Source of the DNA: Candidatus Dormiibacterota bacterium
GTDB lineage: Bacteria > Chloroflexota > Dormibacteria > Aeolococcales > Aeolococcaceae
Length of the DNA stretch: 64,000 bases
Direction of reading: 5' to 3'
Assembly (NCBI GenBank): GCA_963718525.1
Contig: OY970355.1
Coordinates: forward strand, 2,016,001 to 2,080,000
Below are positions 39,090 through 50,121 of this stretch, one piece after another. Positions within the stretch are counted from its first letter, which is position 1; each line of letters opens with the position of its first letter. The position numbers and the translations under genes were made by a program. The notes under the pieces are model-generated. The model was not told the DNA's origin and did not search any database. It saw nothing but the letters and a program-made list of their open reading frames with translations.

Positions 39090-39707
39090 TCAGACCGTGC
39101 CCGAGAGGTCCTCGGCGACATCATCCGAGTACCTAGACCTTCTTCTAGGCGCCCCTCGCCTGCGGAAGCAGCAGTTGGGCAGAGAGAGTGACGGTCCCTC
39201 GCCGACCGGGAACGTGTCCGTCGCGACCCGATCATGGGTCATGAGCAGCCAACGGGAGAGCCGTTGCTCGGTGGCGTGGAGGCGATTACACGCGGCCAAT
39301 TGAGAGATCTGCGCGAAGAGTGCGAGCAGGTAGCGTTCGACGAGCCGGCGGAAGGCGTCCAAGCGTTCAATCTCGGCTAGGAATGTCGCTGCGCCCAACT
39401 GCAGCGTCTGAGCACCCACCGGCGATACGGCTCGGACGCAGCTAAGGCCGGCGGTGATGAGAGGCACCCCGACAATCGCCTCATTCCCAATGGTCGCCAC
39501 CTCGACGCTGCCGTCGGCGGATGGAGTGGCCAGGGAAATGACGCCGTCGAGCGGAAAGTGGACCTTCTCGATCGCTTCGCCAGGCTCGAAGAGCACCGTT
39601 TTTGCGGACAGAGCAGTCGGGCGAAGATGGGCAAGCAACGTATCCCGTTCCACGGGGGGCAGTGCCTGAAGGAGAAGGTTCCTGGACGGTGCGTAGAGGA
39701 CGCTCAT
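39090..39707 (-). pseudogene. Crp/Fnr regulator truncated in the HTH
   Basis: NLLLQALP, VHFPLDGVIS and ACNRLHATEQRLSRWLL; similarity is lost after DTFPV. Confidence 0.75.
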
Positions 39708-39769
39708 CACGTTCAACTCGGGGGGTGTGGTCAGGAGCGCGCAGCGTCGCGCTGGCGCTCCTGCCGGAA

Positions 39770-40057
39770 TCAGTTGGAGGTGGGGGCGAAGGCCCCGAGC
39801 TGATTGAGAGCGGCGACCCCAAACTCGTACTGCCACTCGACAAACTTGGTGACAATGTCGAAGTTGCGATCCACCACGGTGTCGATGGCCGGGATGAGCT
39901 TCTCAGAGTTTGGAAGCATGAACACGGTCAGCGGAACCAGGACGGAGGTGATGCCCTTGAGGACCTCGGTGGCCGCGAGCTTGATCTCCGTTGTCCGCTG
40001 GAGGCCTTCTGCGATTGCGGCGTTGGCGGTGCGGGTCTTGTCGGCGTAGTCGGTCAT
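39770..40057 (-). CDS. Hypothetical helical protein (weakly phasin-like)
   Basis: GGAGG RBS and near-consensus promoter upstream. Confidence 0.75.
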   Translation of the reverse strand: MTDYADKTRTANAAIAEGLQRTTEIKLAATEVLKGITSVLVPLTVFMLPNSEKLIPAIDTVVDRNFDIVTKFVEWQYEFGVAALNQLGAFAPTSN

Positions 40058-40115
40058 GACTGTTTCCTCGTCACCTCCAGGTCCCGTTGGGGGTCCTGCT
40101 TGAGAGGCTTTGCTA

Positions 40116-40144
40116 AGTATACCAAGCAGATGCTAGGTTGTCAA
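40116..40144 (-). promoter_or_regulatory. Sigma70 promoter with palindromic operator in the spacer
   Basis: TTGACA-17-TATACT on the minus strand; ACCAAGCA-GA-TGCTAGGT at 40121-40138. Confidence 0.75.
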
Positions 40145-40310
40145 ACCAAACTTGCTCTGGGCCGCAGCGCCACCGCTGACTCCTCGCAAGAGGTCGACTG
40201 GTCTCCGGCTAACCGTCGCCGAGCTCCGGTGTTGCTGCGATTGTTATGGCGGTCGGGCGAGCCTCAGCACGGGCATTGTTGGAAGCCCCCGACACATCAG
40301 TGAGGAGAGC

Positions 40311-41448
40311 ATGCTCGTCACCGCCGAAACGAATCAGCATATGACGGCGCCCAAGCAGGCAACGTCGGCCCGAGAGGCCGTCCGGCTGATCAAGAGCGGA
40401 GACCGTGTCTACCTCCACGCCGGCAGCGCTGTGCCAGGCGCGCTCCTCGGCGCCCTCCTGGACCGCAGGTCGGAACTTCATGACGTGGAGCTGGTCCATC
40501 TCCACGTCAATGGTGACGTCGCCAGGGCGGCCTCGGCCGCGGCTCCGAACATCCGTCGTTGCGTTCTGTTCGTTGATTCGACCACGCGCGATGCGGTGGC
40601 GACCGGGGCGGCGACGTACGTGCCCGTGTTCCTCTCAGACGTGCCTCGCCTGTTCAGCACGGGCAGACTGCCGCTAGATGTGGCGCTCCTCCATGTCTCG
40701 CCTCCGGACCTGCACGGCTACTGCTCTCTGGGTGTGTCGGTGGACTGCACGCTCGCTGCCGCGCGCGGCGCGACTGCGCATCGTCCAGATCAACCCAAGG
40801 ATGCCGCGAACGCACGGCGATTCGTTTATCCACCTCAACGACTTCGACGCTGTGATCGAGGTGGACGAACCGCTGCCCGAAGCCTCCGCGCCTGTGATCA
40901 GTGCGGAGCATCTTGCCGTCGGTCGAAATGTGGCAGAGCTGATTGAGGACGGGGCAACACTTCAACTTGGGATTGGCGCGATCCCCAACGCCGTCCTGGG
41001 ACTGCTCGGCGACCGTCGCGAGCTTGGAGTGCATAGCGAGGTGGTATCGGACGGCGTGCTCGAGTTGGTTAGCGCGGGTGTGATCACCGGCAGTCGCAAG
41101 ACCATCAACCGAGGCAAGCTCGTCGTGGCGTTCCTCAATGGCAGCCGACGCCTCTACGATTTCGCGGACGACAACCCGATGCTGGAGATGCGCTCTTTCG
41201 AGTACACCAACGACACAAGGACCATCCTTCGTCTCGACAACATGGTGGCGATCACGCTTGCGGACGGTGCTGGCGTGACAACTTCCCGTGCACACGTGCA
41301 CTGGGTTGCCACCGAACACGGTCGCATCGACCGCCACGGAATGGACTTGGCCCATCGTGCTCATGCTCTCATTGCCCTCGCAGCACCGCGCTTTCAGGAC
41401 GAGTTGACGGCGGCGGCGCTGCGCCGCGGGTTGTTCCGAGACGGCTGA
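40311..41448 (+). pseudogene. Acetyl-CoA hydrolase/4-hydroxybutyrate CoA-transferase, disrupted
   Basis: SPPDLHGYCSLG, then a frameshift near 40780; LQLGIGAIP and HSE; internal deletion after NMVAI. Confidence 0.85.
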
Positions 41449-41668
41449 CCGCCGCGAGATGTGACATTCGGCCCCGTGCAGATGGCGTGCCGTACCGGTC
41501 GCAAATGGCGGGGATGACAGGCATGATCGTGAGGGAGTCCACCTCTGCCAATCGCTCTGACGCGTGCAGGGAGGACACGTCCCGTGCTGGGCCGCCTCAT
41601 AGAGAGCAATCTGCGCGGCGTGAGTGCTACCATCATGAGAGAGTTACAATCAACTGGAGGTGACCGTC

Positions 41669-43222
41669 ATGAAGACGCAAGGCGCACGGAGGTGGTGGGC
41701 ACTCGCAGCGGTCAGCCTTGGTGTCCTCGCGGTGGGGCTCGACGGCACGGTGCTTACCGTGGCGCTGCCGACGCTCGCGAACGCGCTGCACGCCTCGGAA
41801 TCCGATCTCCAGTGGTTCACGTCCGGATACTTCCTGGTCCTGGCTGCGTCGATGTTGCCGGCCGGCCTGCTCGGCGACCGCTTCGGCCACAAGAAGGTGC
41901 TGGTGATCGCGCTCGCCCTGTTCGGTGTCGGGTCGGTCGCCTGCGCGTATTCCGCGTCGGTGGGGGAGTTCCTTGCAGCGCGGGTGCTCCTCGGTCTCGC
42001 GGGTGCCGGTGTCGTGGTCATGGCCATCTCAGCCCTCACCGTCCTCTTCAGCAAGGAAGAGCGGCCCAAGGCGGTTGGGATCTGGGCGGCCGCGAACTTC
42101 CTGTCGCTGCCGGTTGGGCCGATCCTCGGCGGGTGGATGCTCTCCCACTTCTGGTGGGGATGGGTGTTCCTCATTAACGCGCCAGTCGCCGCGCTCGGCG
42201 TGTTCGCCCTGGTCACGCTGGTGCCGGAGTCGCGCTCTCCGGAACGCCCGGGGTTCGAGTTTCTAGGCATTGCGCTCTCCGTCGCTGGGCTGGTATCGCT
42301 GACCTACGGTTTCATCGAGGCCGGTGAGAAAGGATGGAGCGACCCGACCGCCCTCGTTTCGATGCTCATCGGTGTGGTGGTGCTGGTGGGCTTCGGCGCC
42401 TGGGAGCGCTTGCTCTACCGGCGCCCCAGTGGGCAGCCGCTCCTCGACCTCAGCCTGTTCCCCTCGGCGTCGTTCACCTGGGGGGTGATCCTGGCTGCGT
42501 TCGCCGTGCTTGCCATGATCGGCGTGCTCTTCACCATGCCCCAGTACTTCCAGGGCGTGTTGGGCACCGACGCCATGGGCTCCGGACTCCGGCTGCTGCC
42601 GGTGATCTTCGGCCTGGTGCTGGGAGCGGTCCCTGCCGAGCGGATCGTGCGTGTCGTCGGGGCCAAGCTCGTCGCCGCGGCTGGATTCCTGCTCCTGGCG
42701 ATCGGATTGTTCATCGGCTCGACGACCGGCGTCGGCTCGAGCACGGTGTTCGTCGCCGTTTGGATGGCGGTCGCCGGCATGGGCCTCGGCCTGGCGCTCT
42801 CCACGTCGACCTCGGCGGCTCTCGTCGAGCTGTCCGAGGAGCGCAGCGGCGTCGGGTCCGCGGTGCTGCAGGCCGTAAACAAGGTCGGCGGGCCTTTCGG
42901 TACCGCCATCCTCGGCAGCGCGTTGAGCTCCGTGTATCTCTCGAGGCTCGTCCTGACAGGACTGCCCAACGCCGCCGCCACAGCCGTCCGGCAAAGCGTG
43001 TTCGCGGGCGTCGCGGTCGCGCAGCAGACCGGCTCCGCGTCATTGCTCCAGTCGGTGCGCAGCGCGTTCACCGGCGGCATGGATGTCGCGCTGGTCGTCT
43101 CCGCCGGGATCGCCGTCGCAGGGCTTCTGCTCACACTGCTCTTCCTCCCGCGCAGCAACGCGTTGCAGGACAATCAGGCTGTGCAACCGGACATGGGGCG
43201 TGAGCTTGCAGGCATCCGCTAA
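41669..43222 (+). CDS. DHA2 MFS drug efflux transporter
   Basis: 14-TM type; LDGTVLTVALP, GDRFGHKK and WVFLINAP. Confidence 0.93.
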   Translation: MKTQGARRWWALAAVSLGVLAVGLDGTVLTVALPTLANALHASESDLQWFTSGYFLVLAASMLPAGLLGDRFGHKKVLVIALALFGVGSVACAYSASVGEFLAARVLLGLAGAGVVVMAISALTVLFSKEERPKAVGIWAAANFLSLPVGPILGGWMLSHFWWGWVFLINAPVAALGVFALVTLVPESRSPERPGFEFLGIALSVAGLVSLTYGFIEAGEKGWSDPTALVSMLIGVVVLVGFGAWERLLYRRPSGQPLLDLSLFPSASFTWGVILAAFAVLAMIGVLFTMPQYFQGVLGTDAMGSGLRLLPVIFGLVLGAVPAERIVRVVGAKLVAAAGFLLLAIGLFIGSTTGVGSSTVFVAVWMAVAGMGLGLALSTSTSAALVELSEERSGVGSAVLQAVNKVGGPFGTAILGSALSSVYLSRLVLTGLPNAAATAVRQSVFAGVAVAQQTGSASLLQSVRSAFTGGMDVALVVSAGIAVAGLLLTLLFLPRSNALQDNQAVQPDMGRELAGIR

Positions 43223-43808
43223 CGTCCGCGCGCCGGGTCTTCGCGAGCGTAAGAAGGAACGCACCCGCGAGATGATCCGTGCACACGCGATGCGCCTCTT
43301 CCGGACCCAGGGCTACGAGGCCACGACCGTGCAGCAGATCATCGATGAGGTCGAGATCTCGGAGAGCACGTTCTTTCGATATTTCCCGACGAAGGGCGAC
43401 GTCGTGCTCTCCGACGACTTCGACCCGATCATCGTTGCCGCGTTTCAGCGCCAACCTTCGGAGTTGACGCCGATCCAGGCGCTGCGCGGCGCTTTTCACG
43501 AGGCATTCGGCGCTCTCCAACCCGATCAGATCGCTGAGCAGTCGGACCGCATGGACATGATGCTCGCTGTCCCCGAGCTGCGGGCCGCGATGCTTGAGCA
43601 GTTCGCGGCGGCGTGGCGGCTGCTCTGCACCCTGTTCGCTGACCGCGCTAGGCGGAGCCCCAACGACATTGCGGTGCAGACGCTCTCCGGGGCGGTGGTC
43701 GGCGCCGCCATGGCGGTGATGTTCGCGATGATGGGCGATCCGAAGGCCAACCTCGCGGCACTACTGGACGAGGCGATGGCGCACCTCGAAGGTGACCTGA
43801 CACTCTGA
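43200..43808 (+). CDS. TetR family regulator
   Basis: GLRERKKERTR and TTVQQI...STFFRYFPTK. Confidence 0.92.
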   Translation: MSLQASANVRAPGLRERKKERTREMIRAHAMRLFRTQGYEATTVQQIIDEVEISESTFFRYFPTKGDVVLSDDFDPIIVAAFQRQPSELTPIQALRGAFHEAFGALQPDQIAEQSDRMDMMLAVPELRAAMLEQFAAAWRLLCTLFADRARRSPNDIAVQTLSGAVVGAAMAVMFAMMGDPKANLAALLDEAMAHLEGDLTL

Positions 43809-44092
43809 CCGGTTTGCGCGTACCCACGGCTGGCCGCCCCCTTTTCGCCATTGCGGCCTCAGCCAGAAGGCCGCCTGCCATCGACGGTGAACTTCAACGT
43901 CGAGGAGTTGTAGCTGCAGATCAGAGCGGGGCCGAGCCGACCGCGGCCGTCGCACGCTTCCGCGTATGTGTCGAGCCGCCTTTGCACCCGTCCTGAGCCC
44001 AGGCCACTCGGGCTGAGTTTGGTCGACTAGCTGTCTTGGCGGCGCGTGCATCATCTCGCAGGCATCCGTCTACCTATTCACCTTCCACCGCA

Positions 44093-46069
44093 CTAGGTGA
44101 GATGGACCGGTGTGCTCGCGTAGTTGACGACGAGCGTGAAGGTATCGGTAGCCGTGCCGCCGGTCACGCTGTAGTTCATGTTCCACCACCCGCCGTTGCC
44201 AGCCGCGTAGTTCGACGGAATCTGCAGCTTGAAGAGCAGCCAGCGGGCATTGAAGAAGTCGGTTGAGGACCGGCCGCTGCACCCCGTGATGACTGCGGTA
44301 TTGACCAACGCTTGGTTGGTGTTGGGTTGAATCGCCGTGCTGGCACACGAGTCGGCGCTGTTGACCAGCAAACTGGACGTCGGAGTTGTGTTCAAGCTGT
44401 ACCCGAGGTCGTAGACTGGGACTCCCGCCGCCGACGTGAACAAGCATGGCGCCGGGGTGACACCGCAGCTCTGCTGGTCAGGGTTCAGGATGGAAATCTG
44501 GTTGCTGCCGCTCACGTCGCCCACATCGAAGACGTAGAAGTTAATGGTCTGACCCGCGTAGTCGGCAGGAACGTTGAAGAGCGGGAGGGAAAACCCTGAC
44601 GAGCCGGACGACTGAATGGGCGTATAGACCGCAAGCTCGTCGAGCGCCGACACCTGGCACCCCGGATCCGTGCACTCCGTGTATGAGCCGCCACCGGGGA
44701 CTGCCAGCTGCACAGAGTAGCCCTTATGCGCCATTGAGCACGGCGACGCGGCAGCGTCATCGCCGGGGCGAAGACCCTGATAGTCGAGCATGTCGACGCG
44801 GAGCCGATACGAGCCGGGGGCGAGAGATCCGCCCGAGAGAGAGTTGGCCACATGCAAGACGTTGTACGTGGTGCCGCCGGAGGTCCATTGGGTAAGGGCC
44901 GCTGGAGGTGTCCCAACATCCACCCACCCGTGGTAGATGTTGTTCAGCACGTAGTTGAAGACCGCGGCGTGCGACGACGATGAGAGAGTCTGCCCATTGC
45001 GAACGTCGACGAAGGAGGTGACGGCACCGCTCGTGATGGTCACGTTTAGCGGATCAACGATGACCTGGCTGACGGGGGTGTCCTTGCTGTGATCGAAGAT
45101 GTCGTTGACCTTGAATATCGTGTACTCCATCGCGGAATACTGATCCGTATAGGAGTTACCCATGAAGTCTCCGTCCTGCTCGTGCATGTTGTAGCTGCTC
45201 CCGGAGGGGTTGAACCCACCATCGGGAGCGAAGGCAGGGTTGTAAACTCGCACGTACCCCGATGGGACAGTGCTGGGTACCACGACGGAGAAGTTGTACC
45301 CGCCGCGCTCAGGCAGCAGATTGTAGCCAGCGCTCGTTAGTGTGGCGTCGGAAACGTCTGTTCCAAGGTTGGCGCTCAGCGCATGCACGTCGGTGGACGA
45401 GCCTTCAGGCGCCGAGTTCTCGGTAACCCCTTGCTGGCAAGAGAAGTTGGCGTTTACGTTGTTGGGGTCGTACGCATCACCCTCCCCACGGTCGGTCCCA
45501 TAGCCCTCGGAACGGAGGAAGTAGTAATTCCCCGCGGTGCCGAGCTGACCTTCCGAGCTTCCAATTTGCGCGCCTGGCTGGCCAAGCGAGATCGGGGGCA
45601 GATAGAACGCCGTGTCGGTTGCGACCACGGGATGGGCTCCGAATCCAAGAATACGGAGGAATGTCGGCTGTACGTATGTTCTGACGGAAACGGTGAGCTT
45701 ATTCGCAGAGCATGAGGATCCGCTACAACCGGCGGGGTAACGAGCAACGGTCACGGTGACCGGGTTGCCATCCAGGGTGCTTCCGTTGGCGTATCCATCG
45801 CGAGCCGTAGCGGCACACGCCGCCGCGTCGGCCGGTCCGCTGCTGCAGCCTGTGCCTCCGAATCCGCCTGGCATGTAGGGGACGCCCGCAAGTGCCCCCG
45901 CGGCAGCCGCGCGTTCAGCCCCGTTGTAGGATAGATATGACAGTCCTGCGTCGACGGCGAGGCCAGTGACCGCGAAAAGGAGGACGGCAATGAGCGCGAA
46001 GATCACCATGACCTGGCCCTTCGAAGAGCGGCGTCCGACGCGCGCTACATCATGATGTCGTCCGCTCAT
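44093..46069 (-). CDS. TadG-like pilin-associated adhesin
   Basis: GQVMVIFAL...LAVDAG prepilin-like N-terminus and AAAAGALAG; long Cys/Ser/Gly-rich extracellular part; GGAGG RBS. Confidence 0.85.
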   Translation of the reverse strand: MSGRHHDVARVGRRSSKGQVMVIFALIAVLLFAVTGLAVDAGLSYLSYNGAERAAAAGALAGVPYMPGGFGGTGCSSGPADAAACAATARDGYANGSTLDGNPVTVTVARYPAGCSGSSCSANKLTVSVRTYVQPTFLRILGFGAHPVVATDTAFYLPPISLGQPGAQIGSSEGQLGTAGNYYFLRSEGYGTDRGEGDAYDPNNVNANFSCQQGVTENSAPEGSSTDVHALSANLGTDVSDATLTSAGYNLLPERGGYNFSVVVPSTVPSGYVRVYNPAFAPDGGFNPSGSSYNMHEQDGDFMGNSYTDQYSAMEYTIFKVNDIFDHSKDTPVSQVIVDPLNVTITSGAVTSFVDVRNGQTLSSSSHAAVFNYVLNNIYHGWVDVGTPPAALTQWTSGGTTYNVLHVANSLSGGSLAPGSYRLRVDMLDYQGLRPGDDAAASPCSMAHKGYSVQLAVPGGGSYTECTDPGCQVSALDELAVYTPIQSSGSSGFSLPLFNVPADYAGQTINFYVFDVGDVSGSNQISILNPDQQSCGVTPAPCLFTSAAGVPVYDLGYSLNTTPTSSLLVNSADSCASTAIQPNTNQALVNTAVITGCSGRSSTDFFNARWLLFKLQIPSNYAAGNGGWWNMNYSVTGGTATDTFTLVVNYASTPVHLT

Positions 46070-46071
46070 CG

Positions 46072-46708
46072 CTAGCCTCCTGACTCGTACGGCGCGAAGC
46101 ACATGGTTTCGTCCTGCGAAGCCTGCGCATTGATCGCGTCGAATGAGCTCTGCCCGTTGGTTACGCCCCGAGCTGACGGCGGCCACGGTGGACACTCGCT
46201 GGGATCTCCCGTTGACGATGCGCAACTTTGCCATTTGTTCGACACCACTTCGATTGCGGAGGGGCCGGTTCCACTGAACGTGTATTCGTCGATGCACTTA
46301 TTGGACCCGTTGACGCCTGACGGCCCGCAAGCGCATCCCGTCTGGATCACCGGAGTGCCGTCAGAGTGTGTTGAGAAACCGTAGCTCGTCGAGTTGGTGA
46401 CGAGCTCTTCGAGGTCCACTCGCTGACGTGTATGAGAGCGGATGCCTCCAAGCCTCCTGCCGTCATCCTTTGCTCTGCCGTGATGTCAGCGTTCGAGGCG
46501 GGCCCAACGCCCGCGATCGAGTTACTGCCGATCGTGGTCAAATGAACCACGGCGTTGATGCTGTAGAGGAGCAGGCCACCGTCCATCATCGCGAAGACGG
46601 CGAAGAAGAAGACGCGCGCGACGGCATGAACTCGACCAGCCCCTGGCCGCCTTCGCGCCCGCGACGGAACAGGGACCAGCCTCGATTGCGGCCTGGATCG
46701 ACACTCAT
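46072..46708 (-). pseudogene. TadE-like pseudopilin, frameshifted
   Basis: REGGQGLVEF, then the TM segment continues in another frame (FFFAVFAMMDGGLLLY); a third frame gives the C-terminus. Confidence 0.75.
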
Positions 46709-46757
46709 GGCGAGATCATCGCGGGTGGGCGAGGAGCCAGAGTGGGCGTCGACGACT

Positions 46758-46773
46758 TGTGACAAAAATCACA
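46758..46773. promoter_or_regulatory. CRP-type binding site
   Basis: TGTGA-CAAAAA-TCACA, perfect consensus. Confidence 0.7.
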
Positions 46774-47138
46774 CCACCCCGTGAAGGATCGATCGGAAGT
46801 AAGTGTCCCGATCTACGGATCAACCCGAGCGTCGCAGCTAGGCGCAGCCGGGTCGCCATCCTCATCGCGAGGCCATACGGGCTACCGGTCAACGGGCAGA
46901 TCGACTAGGCGCGAGCGCGCACTGAGCTCTGGCGTCCATCTGTCATCGTCTCCAATACGGCACAAGGAAGGACAACTCGTCCCACCTTCAAGATGCCGGA
47001 TGCGACCGCCCGGGGGGAACGCGTTCGCCCAGTCAGTTTTGCCCACCCCGCGATCAACGGCCGAACCGTAAGCGTCGGAGCGTTGAGCTGTGAACGTGCC
47101 CCAACGGCCCGTGTCTGCGGGGTGTCATGGCGAACGCC

Positions 47139-47154
47139 TGTGAGCGAAGTCACA
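47139..47154. promoter_or_regulatory. CRP-type binding site
   Basis: TGTGA-GCGAAG-TCACA, perfect consensus. Confidence 0.7.
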
Positions 47155-47259
47155 CCGCCAATACACATGCCCTGACAATCCGATGGCAGAGCGTCTCACG
47201 TATGTGACGGAAGCGTGGCAGCGACGCCGAGCGTCACGAACGAGCGCACCCTTGGGGGC

Positions 47260-47937
47260 ATGCGAGCCCGAACCGGATGGGGATCGTTCCGTGTGGTACG
47301 AGCCAAGACGGGTATTAGTACGCTCGCCATGGTGGTCGCGGCAAGCGCATGGTCGCTAGTCGCGTGCGGTGCAAGTCATCGCGCGACAGCCCTCGCCGCC
47401 CCCAAGATCCCCGTTGCAACTCCGACAGCGACCGCCTTGGTGACCGCGACGCCGTCAACCGTACCCACCGCCTTTCCTATCGAGCCGACCGCCCCGCCGT
47501 TGCCGACGAGCGCCCAGGTCGCAGCGGTAGGCAGTGCACTGTTTCCGTACGTTCCAAGCGCGGGCGGGTACACAGAGTGCAACAGTTCCTATGACGTTGC
47601 TCATTGCCCCTTGAGTGCTCGCTTGCGATCGCAGATCGCCACATACGCCGGCGACGCTGCCAAAGCCTGTCCAAAGGGTTGTGTCGGCGGTGGGCTCATC
47701 AGTCGCCTTCATTGCTCCTCATGGCCACATGAAGCTGTCACGGCCGAGCCAGATCTTGTCGCTGACGTGGAATTGTCAGGAGGCCGCTGTACGGCGATCA
47801 CCTATTACATCCCCGTGATCGTCGAAAACAACCGCCCCGTCGCCGACGATGTCTGGTGCGGCCAGAAAGCAATTGCTTTCGGCATGTACAACAACGGCTT
47901 CGACGCCGTGAGCGGAGGGTCCTGCGCGTTTCCTTAA
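47260..47937 (+). CDS. Putative Cys-rich lipoprotein (start uncertain)
   Basis: LVAC lipobox, Pro/Thr linker and eight further Cys. Confidence 0.7.
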   Translation: MRARTGWGSFRVVRAKTGISTLAMVVAASAWSLVACGASHRATALAAPKIPVATPTATALVTATPSTVPTAFPIEPTAPPLPTSAQVAAVGSALFPYVPSAGGYTECNSSYDVAHCPLSARLRSQIATYAGDAAKACPKGCVGGGLISRLHCSSWPHEAVTAEPDLVADVELSGGRCTAITYYIPVIVENNRPVADDVWCGQKAIAFGMYNNGFDAVSGGSCAFP

Positions 47938-47975
47938 CCCGTTGGCGTGCGAGCGTTCATGGAGGCACCGCGCCA

Positions 47976-49258
47976 ATGCTGAAGCCCGCTTCCTTGCTCT
48001 GGGTCTTGGTGTGCGTCGCAGCGTGCGGCTCGAATGTGATCGTGGGTCCCACACGTTCAACGACTGCCGTGCCCGGGAGCCCCACGGGTGCGACATCGTC
48101 GCCAACCAAGTGCTGGCGTTGCAACGCTGAGCCCATCACCCAGCGCGACCCCGACCGCGGCCTTTCCTCCGGGTTCATTCCTGCTAGCAAGCTGAGCTCC
48201 CGTTTCTCGGTCGCACTCAGTGGCGGCGGCGCCACTCTCGTTGGTGTTGACTTCGCGAAGGATACGAAGGGGCCGCGTACCTCTTCAGTAGCGGCGAGGC
48301 TGTGGACAGCGGAGACAACAACCCACCGTGGATCCTCGAGGAATCCTGGCGGCGAGTGACGCTGCGATCTCTTCGGCAGCGCGATTGCCCTGAGCACTGA
48401 TGGGGCCACAGCGCTGGTCGGCGCGCCGGGGAAACGCGGCGGCCTACGTCTTCACACGTGGCGGCGGAGGTGTCGGGTCGTTCTGGCTTGCGACGTGGAC
48501 ACAACAGAAGTCGATGGGCACCGACCCGGCCACGGGCGACCTCTTCGGCAGCTCAGTCGCCTTGAGTGGTGACGGTAACGACGCGCTGATCGGCGCGCCA
48601 GGCGCCAACGGTGGTCGCGGCGCCACCTTCTACTTTACGCTGGGGGTCGCCGGCTGGAGCTTGGTACAAGAGCTCACGTCGAGCGACGCAGTGGCGGGCG
48701 ACCGGTTTGGCTGCTCCATCTCGCTCAGTCCGGACGGGAGCACGGTGGTAGTCGGGGCAGACGGAAAGGGCAATGCACCTGGGCAGCCTATGTCTTCGCG
48801 CTCGTTGGTGACGGGTCTCAACAGCAGGAGCTGCGCTCAGGGTGCCGGGTGGGGAGTTTGGATACTCCGTCGCGGCAGGCCCCGGAGCGATCCTGATCGG
48901 CGCCAAGGATGCGACCTACGCATTCTCCGAGGACACCATCTCGGCGCAAGCACAGAGGTGCCCGCTCACCGCGAGCGTAGGAGATGGGTATTCACTTGGA
49001 CTGAGCGCGCATGGCAGTACTGCGCTGGTGGGCGCTCTTAGCATGGAAGCGGCATCCCTCTTCAGCTGGGGTGGCGCGACGTCGGGCAGCGAACAGCTTC
49101 TGCGACAGTCCCGCAACTCGTCGGGTAGCGCTGGTTTTGGGTATTCGGTTTGCCTCAGCTCCAACGGCAGCATCGCCACAATCGGCGATAAGGGTATGGG
49201 TGTCCTCGACGGCGCCCACGTTTTCGCGCCAGGACCGGTGAGGCTCGCGATTCCTTAG
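47976..49258 (+). pseudogene. FG-GAP repeat beta-propeller lipoprotein, multiply frameshifted
   Basis: VAAC lipobox; repeats FGSSVALSGDG...LIGAPG, FGCSISLSPDG and FGYSV spread over several frames. Confidence 0.8.
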
Positions 49259-50037
49259 GGGTGAGGATCTCCGGCGGCTATACGCGAAAGGGTCGCCTCA
49301 TCGATGACGGTGACGGATCCCGCCGTCGAATCGATCACAGCCTGTCCTTTCAGCCCGCTCAGTTCTCGACAAACGACCTCACGCGCGGTCCCCAGGGAGG
49401 TCGCAAAACGCTGCTGGCTGATGTGCGCGACCAGACGCCCGTCCGGCCCGCGGAGTGACGCTTCGCGGAGATGGCGGGCAACTCTTGTCCGCATCGGGTG
49501 CCCGACGTCATGCGCAATATTGCGCATGGCCTCCGTGGTCCATTTCGCCACGTCTTCAGCAATTCGCCAGGGCAGCTCTGGATTCAGTGCTGCCGCGCGG
49601 AGGAGGTCGTTGAACGTAAATATGGACACATCGGCTTCGGTGACCGCCTCGGCGTTCCACTCGTTGGTGCGCGCGAGATATGGCGCTATGCCGATGAGGT
49701 CGCCCGACCGAGCGTATTGCATCGTCAGGTCCCTGCCGGGCCGTGTGGCAATGAATACACGCACCACCCCGGCGTGCACCAAAGCGATCTGCGCGTTCCG
49801 ACCATCGCGGAAGACGAACTCGCCCTCAGCCAAGTGGATCTGGCCGATGCCGGCACCGAGCTGTGCCTGCCATGATGCGGCAGCGGCGTCGTGGTCGCTG
49901 CCGTCAGGACGCCGAGGTCGGCCTGAGGACGAAATGATGGGCTGATGGCCGTTTGGACGAGGGCGCGACCTGCCCTTGACCAATGCGCCGTCCCTTGAGG
50001 TGGGCGTGGTAGCCGCACCCAAGGGCTTGGCAGCCAA
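49255..50037 (-). CDS. Crp/Fnr family regulator
   Basis: cNMP-like domain (GVVRVF, GDLIG) plus HTH SQQRFATSLGTAREVVCREL. Confidence 0.88.
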   Translation of the reverse strand: MAAKPLGAATTPTSRDGALVKGRSRPRPNGHQPIISSSGRPRRPDGSDHDAAAASWQAQLGAGIGQIHLAEGEFVFRDGRNAQIALVHAGVVRVFIATRPGRDLTMQYARSGDLIGIAPYLARTNEWNAEAVTEADVSIFTFNDLLRAAALNPELPWRIAEDVAKWTTEAMRNIAHDVGHPMRTRVARHLREASLRGPDGRLVAHISQQRFATSLGTAREVVCRELSGLKGQAVIDSTAGSVTVIDEATLSRIAAGDPHP

Positions 50038-50121
50038 AATGAGCCTCCGTGATCAGCCTGTGCGGACGCGGCGTCCGTTGCTCATGATCTATTCAGACCC
50101 CACACGACGCATCCGTAAGAG

